From assembly GCA_002787355.1 (NCBI GenBank), contig PCWN01000007.1, positions 86,517 through 150,516 on the forward strand: a stretch of 64,000 bases of DNA, read 5' to 3'. A program made the translations under genes and the position numbers. This document shows positions 1 to 9,463 of the stretch, piece by piece. Under the pieces are notes generated by a model. That model ran no database searches. It was not told the DNA's origin and worked only from the letters and a program-made list of their open reading frames with translations. Position 1 is the first letter of the stretch. Each line of letters starts with the position of its first letter. This DNA is from Candidatus Magasanikbacteria bacterium CG11_big_fil_rev_8_21_14_0_20_39_34 (GTDB lineage: Bacteria; Patescibacteriota; Patescibacteriia; Magasanikbacterales; UBA922).

Positions 1-1
1 C

Positions 2-124
2 ATAATTACAAATATGAACTTTGGTCATACTGATCCGCAATTTATTTTACCACTAGGAATAAAAGCAGAAGTTGATTGCCAGAATAAAAAATTCAAATTG
101 ACTGAAAGTATTTTTGAAGAATAA
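2..124 (+). CDS. C-terminal end of S66 family LD-carboxypeptidase (MccF-like), truncated by window edge
   Basis: Manual translation IITNMNFGHTDPQFILPLGIKAEVDCQNKKFKLTESIFEE*; FGHTDPQ..LP.G is the S66 catalytic-His region. Confidence 0.8.
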   Translation: MITNMNFGHTDPQFILPLGIKAEVDCQNKKFKLTESIFEE

Positions 125-131
125 ATAAAAG

Positions 132-233
132 GTGTTTTTGACGTTTGTTTTTGGACTTTTTACAGTTAGTGACTTAAAAGAAACATTTTTTCTCAAAGGA
201 GGGAATGCTTTGCGAAAAAAATATTTTCATTGA
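132..233 (+). pseudogene. Remnant of AbiEii-type nucleotidyltransferase toxin N-terminus
   Basis: Manual translation ...SDLKETFFLKGGNALRKKYFH* resembles the AbiEii FKGGTALRK.YF motif but stops immediately after it. Confidence 0.55.
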
Positions 234-437
234 AGTTCTTAGCAATTTATTCGTTGTCCCTATTGCTGCACAAAAAACAAAACAGGACTTGCTTAAAAAT
301 AGAAAAATAATACCTTAAAAATATGTTCAGTCTAATCGCTATCGTCTGTGGAATAATCGTTGGTACTATGGCTGAGGGATTAGGGTGTGGTTGTGGGTAA
401 AAAAGTGATACATAACATTGTAAAAAAACGAAAAAAT

Positions 438-1364
438 ATGATACAAATCCTCACAATTATAGCTCCTCTGTTTCTAATAATTTTTGCGAGCGCATTGCTG
501 CAAAAATTCAAAAACATTGGAGATGAATGGAGCAAGGTTTTAAATGAATTTGCTCTTAAAATTGGTTTGCCAGTATTAATTTTTGCTGCACTTGCGAAAA
601 CTTCTTTTTCATTCAAGGAAGAATCATCATTGATAATTGCAAATTCATTATTTCTGCTTGTAAGCTTTATACTTGCAGTTATAGTAGGAAAAATTTTGCA
701 CCTCAAAAAACAGATGTTTCTGACATTTTTCATCTGTTTTGTTTTTGGCAACATCGCCTATTTGGGTATACCAGTATTAACATCGGTTTCAGGAGAACAG
801 ATACTTCCAAAGTTGAGTTTGATTATCGCAATCTACCTATTTTGGCTTTTTACGATTGGAATAGGCTATTTGGATTACTCATTAAATAAAAATAAAAAGG
901 ACGTTACCAAAAACATGCTAAAAAATTTCACCCAAAACCCGCTTCTCCTTGCGGTTATTTTCGGTCTTCTTTTTGGTAGCCTAAAAATCACAATACCCTC
1001 AATAATACTTAAATCTTTAGAAATGATTAGCGCTTCAGTAACACCAATTGTCTTGGTGGTAATTGGGCTTTTCATAGGAACATCAAAAATAGGAAAACTT
1101 TCAGAATGGTTCCCTGTCTTATTATTTTCATTATTTACTCTCATCATATTTCCAGCAGGTTTTTATTTTAGTGCAAAATTTTTTGGTCTTGTGCCATCAC
1201 AGTTTATGAGTTCGATAATTGAAGCAGCAATGCCGCTCGCTATTACTCCCTTTGCACTATCTGATAAATATAATCTACACAAAACCTTTATTGCACGCTC
1301 AATTGTGCTAAGTACAATTTTATCGGTTGTTTCTCTTCCTTTTTGGATCTCATTGATAGGTTAA
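438..1364 (+). CDS. AEC (auxin efflux carrier) family transporter
   Basis: About 10 TM helices, GNIAYLGIP and AAMP motifs; ATG 438 preferred over 387. Confidence 0.85.
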   Translation: MIQILTIIAPLFLIIFASALLQKFKNIGDEWSKVLNEFALKIGLPVLIFAALAKTSFSFKEESSLIIANSLFLLVSFILAVIVGKILHLKKQMFLTFFICFVFGNIAYLGIPVLTSVSGEQILPKLSLIIAIYLFWLFTIGIGYLDYSLNKNKKDVTKNMLKNFTQNPLLLAVIFGLLFGSLKITIPSIILKSLEMISASVTPIVLVVIGLFIGTSKIGKLSEWFPVLLFSLFTLIIFPAGFYFSAKFFGLVPSQFMSSIIEAAMPLAITPFALSDKYNLHKTFIARSIVLSTILSVVSLPFWISLIG

Positions 1365-1375
1365 TATATGACGTC

Positions 1376-1479
1376 CGACAACAAGTACTCTACGATTTCA
1401 CTGCACTCTGTTTGTTCCTCCAATATTCATTGGCGGCAAAGCCCTGCAGGTGATATTATATCGCCAAGGAACATTGCAT
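1376..1479 (+). mobile_element. Degenerate attC-like site
   Basis: CGACAAC (R''-like) just after the stop codon, partial internal inverted repeat, ATTGCAT (R'-like with G->A) before the next gene; ACAAC matches ATTGT at 417-421 upstream of the AEC gene. Confidence 0.4.
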
Positions 1480-1521
1480 ATGTCGTTCATAACATACGCC
1501 AAGTACAATAAGCTCCATATT

Positions 1522-1887
1522 ATGGAAACAAGCCCAAAACACGACGAAAAAATAGCAAATATGACATTTGCCTCAGTGTACCCTCACTATATAACAAAAG
1601 TTGAAAAGAAGGGGAGAACGAAAGAAGAATTACATCAGGTTATAGAATGGCTAACCGGATTCAACGAAAGAAAGCTCCAAGAACTTATAGATAAAAAAGT
1701 AAATTTTCAAACATTTTTTCAAAAAGCAAAATTAAATCCCAAGGCTTCTCTCGTTAGAGGAGTAATATGCGGATATCGTATAGAAGAAATCAAAAGTCCA
1801 CTAACACAGAAAGTAAGATATTTGGACAAGCTTGTTGATGAATTAGCAAAAGGAAGGGCGATGGAGAAAATTTTACGGAAGGAATAA
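1522..1887 (+). CDS. DUF2200 family protein
   Basis: MTFASVYPHY..KVEKKGRT, GVICGYRIEEI, YLDKLVDELAKG signature. Confidence 0.85.
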   Translation: METSPKHDEKIANMTFASVYPHYITKVEKKGRTKEELHQVIEWLTGFNERKLQELIDKKVNFQTFFQKAKLNPKASLVRGVICGYRIEEIKSPLTQKVRYLDKLVDELAKGRAMEKILRKE

Positions 1888-1926
1888 AATAAAATTTGGA
1901 ATCAACATAATTTTTAATAAAAAACT

Positions 1927-2376
1927 ATGTCAACCAATACCGTAACATTACACAGGGTGATCAAAGCAGAACCGGAAAAGATTTTTCGCGCCTTTTCTGA
2001 TCCTATGGCTTATTCATGGTGGATACCACCTTACGGATTTTTGTGTCTGGTTGACCATATGGAGTTTAAAGAGGGAGGAACCTACAAGATGTCATTTGTC
2101 AATTTTTCCACTGGAAACAAACATTCCTTTGGTGGTGAATATTTGGAAATAAAGCTAAATGAATTTATAAAAGCCACAGATAAATTTGATGACCCAAATC
2201 TGCAAGGGGAGATGATTACTTCTGTTTGGATCAAAAAAGTTTCATGTGGTACAGAACTTAAAGTTGTTCAAGAAGGTATTCCTTCAGCAATACCAGTAGA
2301 AATGTGTTATTTAGGTTGGCAGGAATCATTGGACAAATTGAAAAAATTGGTTGAACCCGAAATACCAGATGCGTAA
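1927..2376 (+). CDS. SRPBCC/AHSA1 family protein
   Basis: HRVIKAEPEKIFRAF...GWQESLDKLKKLVE pattern. Confidence 0.85.
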   Translation: MSTNTVTLHRVIKAEPEKIFRAFSDPMAYSWWIPPYGFLCLVDHMEFKEGGTYKMSFVNFSTGNKHSFGGEYLEIKLNEFIKATDKFDDPNLQGEMITSVWIKKVSCGTELKVVQEGIPSAIPVEMCYLGWQESLDKLKKLVEPEIPDA

Positions 2377-2416
2377 TGCAGAAATGTTAGCAGACATTCA
2401 AATTTGAACAATTTAT

Positions 2417-2797
2417 ATGAAGATACATCACGTAGCGGTAACAGTTAATGATCTCAAAGAAAGTGTCGATTTTTACACCCAAATTTTGGGATTTGAAATC
2501 GCCAGACAATTTGCTCGTGAAGATATGGGAGCATATGCTGCTTTTGTAAAACTAGAAGACTTTAAAATTGAGTTGTGGCAATTTCAAGACACAAAAGAGG
2601 ACGCCAACTCGTTGGGTGACATAAAAGTAATAGGTATCAGACACATTGCGTTTGAAGTCGAAAATCTAGAAGAAACAATTCAGGAATTGTCAAAAAAAGG
2701 ATTGAAATTTACTAAACCAAAACTTGGGGCAAGTGGACATCACTATTCCTTTAGTTCTGATCCAAACGGTGTTGCGCTTGAATTTTATGAAAAATAA
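2417..2797 (+). CDS. VOC/glyoxalase family protein
   Basis: HHVAVTV.DL..S..FY, HIAFEV, DPNGVALEF. Confidence 0.9.
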   Translation: MKIHHVAVTVNDLKESVDFYTQILGFEIARQFAREDMGAYAAFVKLEDFKIELWQFQDTKEDANSLGDIKVIGIRHIAFEVENLEETIQELSKKGLKFTKPKLGASGHHYSFSSDPNGVALEFYEK

Positions 2798-3233
2798 GGA
2801 GTGCGTTCAAAGTAGATATGTGGTACGAACAGTTGGTTGTTTTCTCGAGTGGGATGGAAAATTCTTAATCCTTTTAAGACGTCCAGAAAAACATGAAGGG
2901 AATAAATGGGATATTCCTGCTGGTAAAGTTAGGTTAAACGAAACTGATAAGCAGGCGATTTTAAGAGAGCTTGAGGAAGAAACCGGTTATAGGGGGGCAG
3001 AAGAGGAGTTGGAACTCATAAGAGATCATGTATTTTATTTTTCTGACCTTATAGTAGAGTTTCCTACATTTCGTATTACGTTACAACAACCAATTGAGGT
3101 TAGGCACAGCCCACAAGAACATCAGAAATATAAATGGGTTACTGCTGAAGAATGTTATGCAATGCCAGATTTACATGCTGGTTTTCATGATCTTTTGGAA
3201 AAGATAGGTTATATTAACACTGGCGCTTCATAA
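2787..3233 (+). CDS. Nudix hydrolase
   Basis: Nudix box PAGKV..NET..QAILRELEEETG; ATG 2787 overlaps the previous stop. Confidence 0.88.
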   Translation: MKNKECVQSRYVVRTVGCFLEWDGKFLILLRRPEKHEGNKWDIPAGKVRLNETDKQAILRELEEETGYRGAEEELELIRDHVFYFSDLIVEFPTFRITLQQPIEVRHSPQEHQKYKWVTAEECYAMPDLHAGFHDLLEKIGYINTGAS

Positions 3234-3277
3234 CATAAAAGTAGTATTTCCGGTTTGCCTATTTGTAAACATTAGGT
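3228..3277 (+). mobile_element. Short degenerate attC-like site
   Basis: TCATAAC overlapping the stop codon; ATTAGGT (R' with G->A) followed by GAAATT; weak internal pairing. Confidence 0.4.
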
Positions 3278-3299
3278 GAAATTTTTAACCCAAAATACT

Positions 3300-3797
3300 A
3301 TGACAAAAAATATTGTCAATACAGCGTATATCTACATAGCCATTTTTTCGGTGGTTACAATTGAAATTTTTTGTGCCAAATTAGCTTTTGAGACACTTGC
3401 AGAAATTACATCAGGATTATACTTCTTTGTCATTGCAATAAACATAGTCCCCATAGTTTTGATCCTATTTAATAAACAAAAGCATGTAGCAATGGGCATT
3501 ATTGCAGTTATAGGCTTCATAATTATTCCTTATCAACTCTACCTTGGAAATAAATTAATTAACATTAAAGAAGAGGCTGCCAATATTACCGCTTATGTAT
3601 ATGCGCAAAAAGTTGATAATGGTATGTATCCAAAGGACATTTCTGGATACACATTCACATTTCCGGAGTTAAAGAAAAATTTTAATTATAACCAAGAGTC
3701 TCTTGAGCAATTTACACTGTATTATTATGTTGGCAATGAAGGAACATCTCACTTTTATAATTCAGATACGAAAAAGTGGGGTTACTATCCAGACTGA
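3300..3797 (+). CDS. Hypothetical membrane protein (3 TM plus small soluble domain)
   Basis: ORF with hydrophobic N-terminal half. Confidence 0.7.
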   Translation: MTKNIVNTAYIYIAIFSVVTIEIFCAKLAFETLAEITSGLYFFVIAINIVPIVLILFNKQKHVAMGIIAVIGFIIIPYQLYLGNKLINIKEEAANITAYVYAQKVDNGMYPKDISGYTFTFPELKKNFNYNQESLEQFTLYYYVGNEGTSHFYNSDTKKWGYYPD

Positions 3798-4067
3798 CGT
3801 TTAGGTTAAAAACATCGCTTAATCATGAATAACCGTTTTACTCATTTCACTTTTTCCCCTTCATCCAAATTGGATGTGGTAGGGGGGCTAGAGCACTGTA
3901 TTGGAATGCTCTGTAAAATCGAGAAAAAGATTATGGAGACAATACTTGTAATTTTAACTATAGTTCTTCTGTAGGGGAGTAGTATTCCGCTATTATACAA
4001 AGCACAAAATATCTGGCTCAAAAATTTGATGTACTTTAGAATTATAATTTTTAAGAAAGAAGAAATG

Positions 4068-4107
4068 AGTTGATTTCTTCGTGAAAAAAATCAACTGGTT
4101 TTTTTTT
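4068..4107 (+). terminator. Intrinsic terminator
   Basis: AGTTGATTT/AAATCAACT stem followed by a T9 run. Confidence 0.6.
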
Positions 4108-4281
4108 GTGTATGTATAAGGCTGAGATATAACGATTGTATATGCTTACATAGTTTTTTTGCTATAATTGCGCAATTTCATTTTGTGGGTTATAATTTCA
4201 ACAAAATTTGCCATATGGTCGTATTTATGGTGCAATATTACAAGTATAGTACTAGGGTACGGATATGAGACAATTTGTTAT

Positions 4282-4309
4282 TTATATACGAAGTAAAGTT
4301 CGTATATAA
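4282..4309. repeat. Perfect 11-6-11 palindrome (operator or tyrosine-recombinase-type site)
   Basis: TTATATACGAA-GTAAAG-TTCGTATATAA. Confidence 0.7.
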
Positions 4310-4457
4310 GCGAGTTAAGTGAAATAAAGATAATCTTTCAAAAGATAGACAAATTTGATTTTTTCTTTATAATAGGAGGAAAAAAATATTGAGTTTTCCT
4401 CCGCTGTTATTCGAGAAAACGATTTATTTATAAACTTTGAAATATTACAGTAATATT

Positions 4458-5555
4458 ATGACTACATACACTAAAAAAAGAGTACTTGTCATTTTTACAG
4501 GAGGAACCGTAGCCGGTAATGTTGCGAAGAGCAAAGTTTCCCAAAATACAAAATCTGATCCAAATAATTTTATAGCTATATTGGAAGATTCCGTAGATAT
4601 TGTAAAAAAGAACTGGCACATCGAGATTAGTCCTTCTATTGTTGAGTTGCTCAATGTTGATAGCTCTAATATGCAACCAGAGAATTGGACTATGATAATT
4701 GAAGAAATCCATAAAAAATATGATGATTATGATTCGTTTATTGTATTACATGGAACAAATACAATGGGATACACGGCAGCAGCTTTAACTTTTTCCCTTG
4801 AAAATATTAACAAGCCTGTAATCTTGACTGGAGCACAGGTCCCTTTGGGTTACTTAGGAACAGATTCCGTGACAAATTTAGTTAATTCTTTAAGAATGGC
4901 AGTTTGGGGCTATCACGAGATCAAAGGAGTAATGGCTGTATTTGGTAGCAAGATAATCACTGGTGCAAGAGTTAAAAAAGGGACTGATTTTGACTACGAT
5001 CCTTTCAAAGCCTTTCAAACAGGATCCTTGGGAGAAATCGGAAGATTTATGAGAATTGATGAAGCCGCAATGAAAAGACATGTCTCTTATTTGTCAAAAT
5101 ATAAAGCCTTAGCAATACAATCTAAGGTTCTAAGTGTAAAGAAAAATTTTGAAACTAAACATATTGCATCGCTTACAGAATTTCCAGGAATGTCCGAAAA
5201 TATTTTTCAATCTTTGGTTGAAAATAATGGGATAAAGGCATTTGTTTTTAGAGCATTTGGGGCTGGTGACCCAAGTAGTCATTTGTTTCCTGCGTTTAAG
5301 TATCTAAAGAAAAAGAAAATTCCAATTGTTATAACTACACAAGCACCAAGTGGTGTTTCAAATTTTCAAGTAAACGAGACAGGACAATATTTAAGAGAAC
5401 ACGATTTGGCAATTCCTGCGTATGATATGAGTATTGAAGCAATGACTGTAAAATTGGCTTGGTTATTGGCTCAAAAAACAAAATACGAAGATATCAAACA
5501 GAAAATGATTGAAGATATGCATGGGGAAATTACCCTTGAACAAGAATTAATTTAG
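4458..5555 (+). CDS. ansA: L-asparaginase type I (cytoplasmic)
   Basis: TGGT, VDSSNM, HGTNTM (HGTDT variant), PVILTGAQ, GAGD, EAMTVKL motifs. Confidence 0.85.
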   Translation: MTTYTKKRVLVIFTGGTVAGNVAKSKVSQNTKSDPNNFIAILEDSVDIVKKNWHIEISPSIVELLNVDSSNMQPENWTMIIEEIHKKYDDYDSFIVLHGTNTMGYTAAALTFSLENINKPVILTGAQVPLGYLGTDSVTNLVNSLRMAVWGYHEIKGVMAVFGSKIITGARVKKGTDFDYDPFKAFQTGSLGEIGRFMRIDEAAMKRHVSYLSKYKALAIQSKVLSVKKNFETKHIASLTEFPGMSENIFQSLVENNGIKAFVFRAFGAGDPSSHLFPAFKYLKKKKIPIVITTQAPSGVSNFQVNETGQYLREHDLAIPAYDMSIEAMTVKLAWLLAQKTKYEDIKQKMIEDMHGEITLEQELI

Positions 5556-5740
5556 AGAGTTTTGAAAAATGAAACTCACTTCTAACCCCTTTTTCATTTT
5601 TCAAGACGGGAAAAATCAAATTTATAAAGATTGAGGAAAGCCTATTATAATGAGTAAGAACAAGAAATATTTGTTGGGCTCATGTCGCTACGCGCTCCGT
5701 GTCACGCTGTATCCTCGTTGGACTGCGTTTCGCTTGTAGT

Positions 5741-5855
5741 GTATAACAGTGACTAAATGGAAAGCTCGTTGCACTTCGCTTTTTCAAACTTGCCAATTGT
5801 GAGCCTTCGGTATATTATACAATTAGTAAATTTCGTTTGGTTGCAAACGTTAGGC
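5741..5855 (+). mobile_element. attC integron recombination site
   Basis: R'' GTATAAC (5741-5747) and R' GTTAGGC (5849-5855); inner arms GTGACTAAATGGAAA / TTTCGTTTGGTTGC pair with wobble pairs and one extrahelical G. Confidence 0.7.
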
Positions 5856-5910
5856 AAATTGTGTTAACTTTTTCCACGATTTTGCCACTTTAATTATTAC
5901 CTACAAACGT

Positions 5911-6780
5911 ATGAAAAAAATAATTATTTGGGTCATCGTAGTCATTATTGTAGTTGCTATTGGTGAAGGTTTTTGGTGGTGGCAAAACAATAATAAATCT
6001 ATAACAGATACATCTCACACAACAGAGAATGCTGAAGAACTAGTATTGAAAAATGTTAATGAACAAGAAAACAAAATCTTTGATAATAAGAAACTTGTAC
6101 CTTCACAGCAAAATGACAATAAAATTATTTCCTATCAAACAGGAAAATACACTATTTTTTATGAATTGAATAATAATCCCTTTGCACAAAAAAAAGTAAC
6201 TGTTTACTTAGATGATGGCAATGAAAAAACTGAACTATTTCAAGAAACGGCTTGGTCAATTGGCGGTAGCAATCCAGAATTTCAAGAGATAAAATCCAAC
6301 AATATAGTCTTGCTTACTTTTACCAATGGAGACATGGGTTGGTTTCAAAAAAATTATCATTATGTAAATGTCACTAATAAAGAGGTTATATCTGTTGAAG
6401 ATATTGATGTTGATGCTGGGTTAATAAAAATTTCTAATCAAAAACAAGATTGGGAAATTTCCACATTCATAAAAAATGAGTGTAAATATTTTGAAGATGG
6501 AAAAGTTAAAATTAGAGACGGAGAAAATTCATATCTAACGGACTTGACTTTAAATGGTAAAAGAGTCAACGTTCTAACACAAGAAAGGGTATTAAAATGT
6601 ATAGATTCAGATGGTTTAGGCACGGGACTTAATCCTGATGTGGATTTGAAATATTCAGGAATAAGTAAAGATCTATCAAAAATTTTCTTTTCTTTGACAA
6701 GTACAGATGGTGTTGAATTTGCTTTTGATATAAATAATCAAACAATATTAGAAAGTGTGCCACAAGATTTGGTGGAATAA
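5911..6780 (+). CDS. Membrane-anchored/secreted hypothetical protein (integron cassette)
   Basis: N-terminal TM; flanked by GTTAGGC (5849) and its exact complement GCCTAAC (6799). Confidence 0.8.
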   Translation: MKKIIIWVIVVIIVVAIGEGFWWWQNNNKSITDTSHTTENAEELVLKNVNEQENKIFDNKKLVPSQQNDNKIISYQTGKYTIFYELNNNPFAQKKVTVYLDDGNEKTELFQETAWSIGGSNPEFQEIKSNNIVLLTFTNGDMGWFQKNYHYVNVTNKEVISVEDIDVDAGLIKISNQKQDWEISTFIKNECKYFEDGKVKIRDGENSYLTDLTLNGKRVNVLTQERVLKCIDSDGLGTGLNPDVDLKYSGISKDLSKIFFSLTSTDGVEFAFDINNQTILESVPQDLVE

Positions 6781-6798
6781 AAAATCAGCGTGGCTGTC

Positions 6799-6923
6799 GC
6801 CTAACACGGAGTGTTCGATTATACAAAATTGCATTTCACATAAATTACGGTGCGTGATTTTACACTGACCTTATTTTTGCTCTGATTGGTTGCGAAAACT
6901 ACGGATACAATGATACATTGTGT
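6799..6923 (+). mobile_element. attC site with mutated R' core
   Basis: R'' GCCTAAC; L-box-like pair GTGTTCG/CGGATAC; R'-like ATTGTGT (6917-6923) followed by GACATT. Confidence 0.6.
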
Positions 6924-7007
6924 GACATTATGAAAAAAATTAAATCACAGTCATGAAAAAAACATACCTTTTTTTGCAAAACATTTATAATTAGTTAACA
7001 CAATTTT

Positions 7008-7454
7008 ATGGAACCACTTATTGTAGGAATTCTGGGCGCAGTAATAAGCGCTATCATTGGGACACTATGGTATGCTAGATCCACTCCCATGGGGAGATGG
7101 CATATGGAATACCTTGGTTTTGATAAGCTTCCAGAAGAAGAGAGACAAAAAATGATTGCAGAGGCAAAACCAAAAATGTGGAAAAGCTATCTAGCACAAT
7201 TTTTCCTTTCATTTTTAACATCGGTGTTTATTGGTTTTGTCACAAGCTACACCGTTCAAAATGGTGGTCCGGAAAATGCCGTCTATTTTTATGTTTTTTC
7301 CGTTTGGTTTGCGTTTACCGTGCCTATGGTTGGACAAAACATTCTTTGGGGAACTTCCGGGGGCAGCTTAGCGTGGAAAAGGTTCTTTTCAGATATTTTC
7401 ATGAACTTGATTACCTATTTCATTATTGCTTTTGTTGCAACTTTGTTTTTTTAA
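7008..7454 (+). CDS. DUF1761-like membrane protein
   Basis: IIGTLWY...G..W pattern and 4 TM helices. Confidence 0.65.
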   Translation: MEPLIVGILGAVISAIIGTLWYARSTPMGRWHMEYLGFDKLPEEERQKMIAEAKPKMWKSYLAQFFLSFLTSVFIGFVTSYTVQNGGPENAVYFYVFSVWFAFTVPMVGQNILWGTSGGSLAWKRFFSDIFMNLITYFIIAFVATLFF

Positions 7455-7504
7455 TTTTCAATTTTTAAACGAATTTTTTGTTTAGGATGAAAAAATTACA
7501 TACT

Positions 7505-8017
7505 ATGGGAAAGAAAATTGTTATCGTAAATGATTCAATGCAAAAAAATTATACCTATGAGCTGGTAGAACCCATGGGAAAAAATTTTGATCTTTCCTTC
7601 AAGCCAGAACTTACACCCAAGCAGATGCTTGAGTTGGGAGTATTTGGGGGACATTACATGACTGATTGTAAAAAAGAGTTTCCCAAAGAGTGGTTTGAAA
7701 ATGCAAAAATAAATCCTGATAAACCAGACAACACACTCAATTACTTTCATAAACATGCATCTCAACCGCTCAAAGTTTGGAAGCAAAAAGGATGGATAAA
7801 TGAAAAACATGATCCACGTGGCTGGTTTCAGTGGTACTGTAGATATTATATGGGCAGAAGGCTTCCGGAAGAAGATACAAGACAGATTAAACGCTGGAAA
7901 GCATATCGCAGGCATTTAGCTCAGGTAGTAAAAAATTGTAAAGCGAAAGATTTTTCCTGTCGAGCAAAACAAAGGCAGTCACTCCTTCATTGGGCGTATG
8001 ACTCTCGAAAGATTTAA
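7505..8017 (+). CDS. Conserved hypothetical protein (TP..ML.LGVFGG.Y / DPRGWFQWYCRYY.GRR family)
   Basis: Recognisable conserved motif family of unknown function. Confidence 0.7.
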   Translation: MGKKIVIVNDSMQKNYTYELVEPMGKNFDLSFKPELTPKQMLELGVFGGHYMTDCKKEFPKEWFENAKINPDKPDNTLNYFHKHASQPLKVWKQKGWINEKHDPRGWFQWYCRYYMGRRLPEEDTRQIKRWKAYRRHLAQVVKNCKAKDFSCRAKQRQSLLHWAYDSRKI

Positions 8018-8038
8018 GGTAAGAAACAATAAGCTCTT

Positions 8039-8503
8039 ATGAAACAAAGTGCGTGGTATATATTTTGGGTCGCTCTTATAACATTGATTGGTATACTTTT
8101 GTTTCAACTGGGGAATTGTTTTGGAGAGCATGGAAGTGATATTAAAAATTTTTGTACTAGCAGTAGGCTGGTTTATTATTTGTGGAGATATCCATTGGGT
8201 TCAATTTTTCTTTTTTTTGTGGCACCATTGTTTGCGGTTCTGGCTCAGTTTAAAATATTTCTCATATTTGAGAAAAAAAGATCGCTTATCTTTTCCTATG
8301 TGTTTTCGCCTTTTCCCATCATTCTCTATGGAATCTTGTTTTTAATGCTTGTTTACTACAGAAATAGTCAAAACATGGCACATGAGCTTGACCTCTCTAG
8401 AATATTGTGGTGGATTTGTGGTACATTTGTCATAGGTTTTTTCTCCATAATTGTATATAGACTCCTTTTTTCTCAGAAGAAAAAAATAGTATCTAATAAA
8501 TAG
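8039..8503 (+). CDS. Hypothetical membrane protein
   Basis: About 4 TM segments, co-oriented in the array. Confidence 0.6.
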   Translation: MKQSAWYIFWVALITLIGILLFQLGNCFGEHGSDIKNFCTSSRLVYYLWRYPLGSIFLFFVAPLFAVLAQFKIFLIFEKKRSLIFSYVFSPFPIILYGILFLMLVYYRNSQNMAHELDLSRILWWICGTFVIGFFSIIVYRLLFSQKKKIVSNK

Positions 8504-8542
8504 ATATCTAAAATAAACTCAATTAAAAAATAAAAAAATTTT

Positions 8543-9049
8543 GTGAGCAAAACATACCTAAAAAACCCAACCTTTTTAATTCCTATTCTTTTTAATGCGT
8601 TTTATATAGTGTGGACCGTTATTCGTATAGCCATGCGTGGTTTTTATTCGGGAACACACATGAACCAAGATTTGATTTTTTTTGGTATTGCTTGGGTCAT
8701 TTTATTCTTTTATAAAGAAAGAGCGTACAAATTCTTTTTTTATACGTTCCTGATCCCTCTGTTTGTAATCCTGTTTCTCGGGGATAAATTTGGGGATCTT
8801 ATTTTAGGAACAAATTTTTCTACATTATATTTTCCTTTTGTAGCCTTGTATTTTTACACTGTGACACAAAAATATATACCAACAAACCTCTTCATAATTA
8901 TTTTGGCTTTTGCAATATTAATAATTGTTCAGGCATTTCATTCAAAGGTGTATGCAGGATATCATGCCGCATTTGGATATTTTATCATTGCTATGATTAT
9001 CCCTTTCGTAACTTCTTACTTGTTTCAACAAAGACAGAAAAAAGTGTAG
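8543..9049 (+). CDS. Hypothetical membrane protein
   Basis: About 6 hydrophobic segments. Confidence 0.65.
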   Translation: MSKTYLKNPTFLIPILFNAFYIVWTVIRIAMRGFYSGTHMNQDLIFFGIAWVILFFYKERAYKFFFYTFLIPLFVILFLGDKFGDLILGTNFSTLYFPFVALYFYTVTQKYIPTNLFIIILAFAILIIVQAFHSKVYAGYHAAFGYFIIAMIIPFVTSYLFQQRQKKV

Positions 9050-9082
9050 TTTTAGACAGAATGTTAAGATAAAAAGAATCTT

Positions 9083-9436
9083 ATGGATAAACAAATAGAG
9101 TTAGTAAGGAAGTTCCATGAAAAGTTTCATCAGCCTGTGGCGGATTCTCCTACCCTGATACCAGAGGATAGATCTCAAAATAGATATTCACTTATGAAAA
9201 GTGAAGTTGAAGAATATTTGGAAGGGGTAAAGAATGGGGACTTAGAAAATATAGCAAAAGAATTAGCGGATATTCTCTTTACCGTATATGGAACCATTGT
9301 GGAGCATGGCCTACAAGGTAAAATGGATGAAATTTTTGATGAAGTAACAAAGTCCAATATGAGCAAAGATTATCATAAGTATAAAATGATAAAGGGGGAG
9401 AGTTATAGAGAAGCAGACCTAAGTAAGTTCTTTTAG
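9083..9436 (+). CDS. MazG-like nucleotide pyrophosphohydrolase
   Basis: V..FH.KF, EVEEY, KELADILF..YG, EV..SNMSK. Confidence 0.85.
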   Translation: MDKQIELVRKFHEKFHQPVADSPTLIPEDRSQNRYSLMKSEVEEYLEGVKNGDLENIAKELADILFTVYGTIVEHGLQGKMDEIFDEVTKSNMSKDYHKYKMIKGESYREADLSKFF

Positions 9437-9463
9437 TTTGTACCAAAAAACAATCAATTATCT

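Noticed and set aside
3932-4073. Possible small interrupted membrane ORF METILVILTIVLL*GSSIP...
   Set aside because: It is too short and has no recognisable family, so it cannot be told apart from random AT-rich sequence.
4110-4430. Replication origin in the AT-rich intergenic gap
   Set aside because: No convincing cluster of TTATCCACA DnaA boxes and no dnaA or dnaN nearby.
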